Assembly (NCBI GenBank): GCA_000708835.1
Contig: DF237235.1
Location: 1 to 64,000, forward strand
Direction of reading: 5' to 3'
DNA: 64,000 bases
Source of the DNA: Klebsormidium nitens
Taxonomy: Eukaryota > Plantae > Klebsormidiophyceae
A program made the translations under genes and the position numbers. This document shows, piece after piece, positions 61,606-64,000 of this stretch (positions are counted from its first letter, which is position 1; every line of letters begins with the position of its first letter). The notes beneath the pieces were generated by a model, which searched no databases, was not told the DNA's origin, and saw only the letters and a program-made list of their open reading frames with translations.

Positions 61606-63582
61606 CTGAGCACAAAGAAACAACAAGAACTAAGAATAGACATACGAGCTGGCAGTCTTACCGAAGGTCGGAACCCATTGGAACCGCACTTCGTGAGTAC
61701 ACAGATTGAGACATTCTACCTACTAACAAGATACAGCAAACGCCCACATTCTGTACTAAAAGATGTGAGCAACCAACTCCCTCTAGCTCAAATGCTTCCC
61801 AAAGAAACTCCAGACATGATTGCAAGATCGATCCGAAAACTTTATGATGACCATCAAAATGTGGCCAGCCCACGGATGTATTAACGACTGACGCAGGAGT
61901 CAAAAGACCCAGCTTAAATCTGCTCCAATGCTGTTTGACAAAAACACCAAGCAACGGGCAGCTAGGATAACTGGCAAGAATACCTACAACAACCGATGTG
62001 ATTCAAAGAAAAGAATACAAACATTGACATGAGCCCCCGGACCTCAGCGCTCTTGAACCAGCCCGTATTGAACAGATTCGCTTTCTCCACATCCTTTTGA
62101 ACCTATCCGTTTTCAATCAACTCGCTTCTATTGGCAGTTTATTCAACGCAGAAGCTCTTCAAAAGCTGCTCTCAGGAGGGGGATAACCAGGTCATTTGTG
62201 CATCTGTAGGGCTTTCACACCAACAATGTCTTGAATTCTAACGGCATGATGTCCAAAAATAGGCCAAGTCCACAACTTTTGGGACCAGTCTCAGAAGATT
62301 CATGCAACCCTGATGGCATGGAAAGAGTTCTTGCGAGTAACTCTTTCCGTGCCATCTGCAAACCGAAACTTGGCAGTACAGCTTACCTGTCATTCCTATC
62401 CAGAGCGTTTCCAAACCCACAGACCAACTCTTCACCCGCGTACCATGCACTATCTGCCCTTGCACCGGTTCTGAACTCTGGTCTTGCAACCCGTGGCCCT
62501 TTCTCGAAACCATGTTTCCGAACCAGATTAGTCCACTGGCCTTCTACACCTGTTGCAAACCTTCCTGAGGAAGACACAGACTCATACCCCCTTCGCACAT
62601 TCAGAACAGGGCCACATCGAAGGGCCGCGCAGTCCAGCGCGAGAGCGGACATAGCTGAGCCACGGGATGGGCACTGATGAGCGGCTCAGAACGCTTAAAC
62701 TCACACAAAACGCTTCGCGCAAAACAAAACTTGTCAGTCGAATTCGTTATCACTTCCTACTCTCCTTCCTGTGCTTTCACATCCAGATTCCAATCATACG
62801 AGAGGGCGCCCCTGAAACCAGGTGTTCTTGCTAGCTCAGAGTTCTTGATATCATTAAGCTGCTTTCTAGCTGCTGCACGAGGTCGATTGGTCACGGAACC
62901 CTGCGCAAGAGAGCGAAGGTTGAAACAGAAGACGCGGAATCTCCTATCCACCCACTTGGATCGCCCTTTGATGGTCAACGGCGTGCCACGTCAGGTCGCC
63001 GCGATCTGCTGACATCATAAAGGTCGTCAAAGTTGCTTCTGCGGGATCGCGATTGGCTGGCGCTTTGCGGAACTGGATTTTTTTCCCGCGGAAGAAACAT
63101 GCCTTTTCAAAAGTACCCAGGATTTATTCAACATCAGCCGTACGATTGCATCTGCATTGTTAAACGGGCTTTGCATATTTCAGGTGATGTGAACCGCCAG
63201 ATGCTGGAGAACTGCATGGACGGTTGGATCGTGGAGCTTCACCAAACCCTAATTTTCTCTTCGCAGCTAGCTGCCGTTCAGAATTTTGCGTTCAAGAAGG
63301 GCGCTTGGAAAGTGCAGCTGCCCCATGTTGGCGCACTGCACCGCTATTGCTCATGCTGCTGAGTTCCTTCAATTGACCAGCTACAACATAGGATACCTTC
63401 TCAGCTTGTGGGGCATTCTCCCTTTCAAATCTGCGCCTGACTTGCAGACCGGAAGAACTGATGAGTGCCACCAAATGCATCAGGCGAACAGGTTGAGCTC
63501 AAAAGCAAACGCCACTCCGATCTTATTCACCATCCCTTTGAATTGAAGAAGCAAGTTGCCAGTCAAGGACTGGAAACTAGCA

Positions 63583-63963
63583 ATGGGTGAATTCTGGACG
63601 CTCACGCAGCAGCTGCTGCAGGGCGATGAGCCACTCATCAAGCGCCCGAAGCTCACCGACGCGCTGTTGAACAAGCCACCCTTCCGTTTCTTGCATGACA
63701 TCATCTCTGAGGTAGGAATCAAAGTCAAGTTCCTATGCTGGGACCAGAAGGCTCACAAGGTGGTGCAATTGCTGCTTAGAGAGGCTCCATTAAGGAGAGT
63801 GGAAGCTGCATTTGCAGATTATGACCAGGCTGATACAGTACTAAGCCCTATCTAGTCTAGTAGTTGCTTTCATCGATGCATTTCTCCATTTCAGGTGACC
63901 CGAACCACAGGCTTTGCTGATGGTCTTTTCACAGAGGAGGAGCTAGTGTCCACAAACATCAAG
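63583..63963 (+). CDS. IFT54: Intraflagellar transport protein IFT54 / TRAF3IP1 (MIP-T3), 5' part; runs off the window
   Basis: Exons 63583-63711 and 63895-63963: [58 protein letters not shown], the CH-like N-terminus of IFT54. Confidence 0.93.
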
Positions 63964-64000
63964 GTAAGTTGGCCATTCAGCAAGCTGAATTTGTGCAACC

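Overview
Eukaryotic, intron-rich nuclear DNA from a flagellated green plant-lineage organism. It carries plastid- and peroxisome-type genes plus IFT54, with intron density and sizes resembling an early streptophyte alga such as Klebsormidium (inference only). The short six-frame ORFs are exons or antisense shadows, so gene models were rebuilt by hand from GT/GC-AG boundaries and reading-frame phase. Genes in order: a 5'-truncated Crinkler/RHS-like nuclease-fold protein (+); naphthoate synthase MenB/DHNS (-, 9 exons, PTS2); a cyanobacterial-type (DUF2834-like) plastid membrane protein (+); LIL3 (-); a membrane histidine-kinase-like receptor with a NarX/PilJ-type sensor and a degenerate kinase core (+); a short divergent CAP-G/Cnd3-like HEAT protein (+); ribonucleotide reductase small subunit (-); an MscS-like channel lacking the C-terminal cage (-); an aromatic L-amino-acid decarboxylase (-, 11 exons); a PM-ANT1-like ADP/ATP carrier (-); DPB4/NF-YB11 (+); a DnaJ-type zinc-finger protein (-); and the 5' end of IFT54 (+). 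A TA-flanked MITE and a structured GC-rich element with an A18 tract lie between genes. Two observations stand out. (1) Introns in five different genes carry diverged tandem copies of their own splice site plus the adjoining exon end ('decoy splice-site arrays'); the acceptor copies keep their AG, and every acceptor copy I translated runs into a premature stop. (2) The receptor pairs a bacterial nitrate-sensor-like domain with a pseudokinase core (His->Asn, N-box Asn->Lys, broken G boxes) and has no receiver domain.
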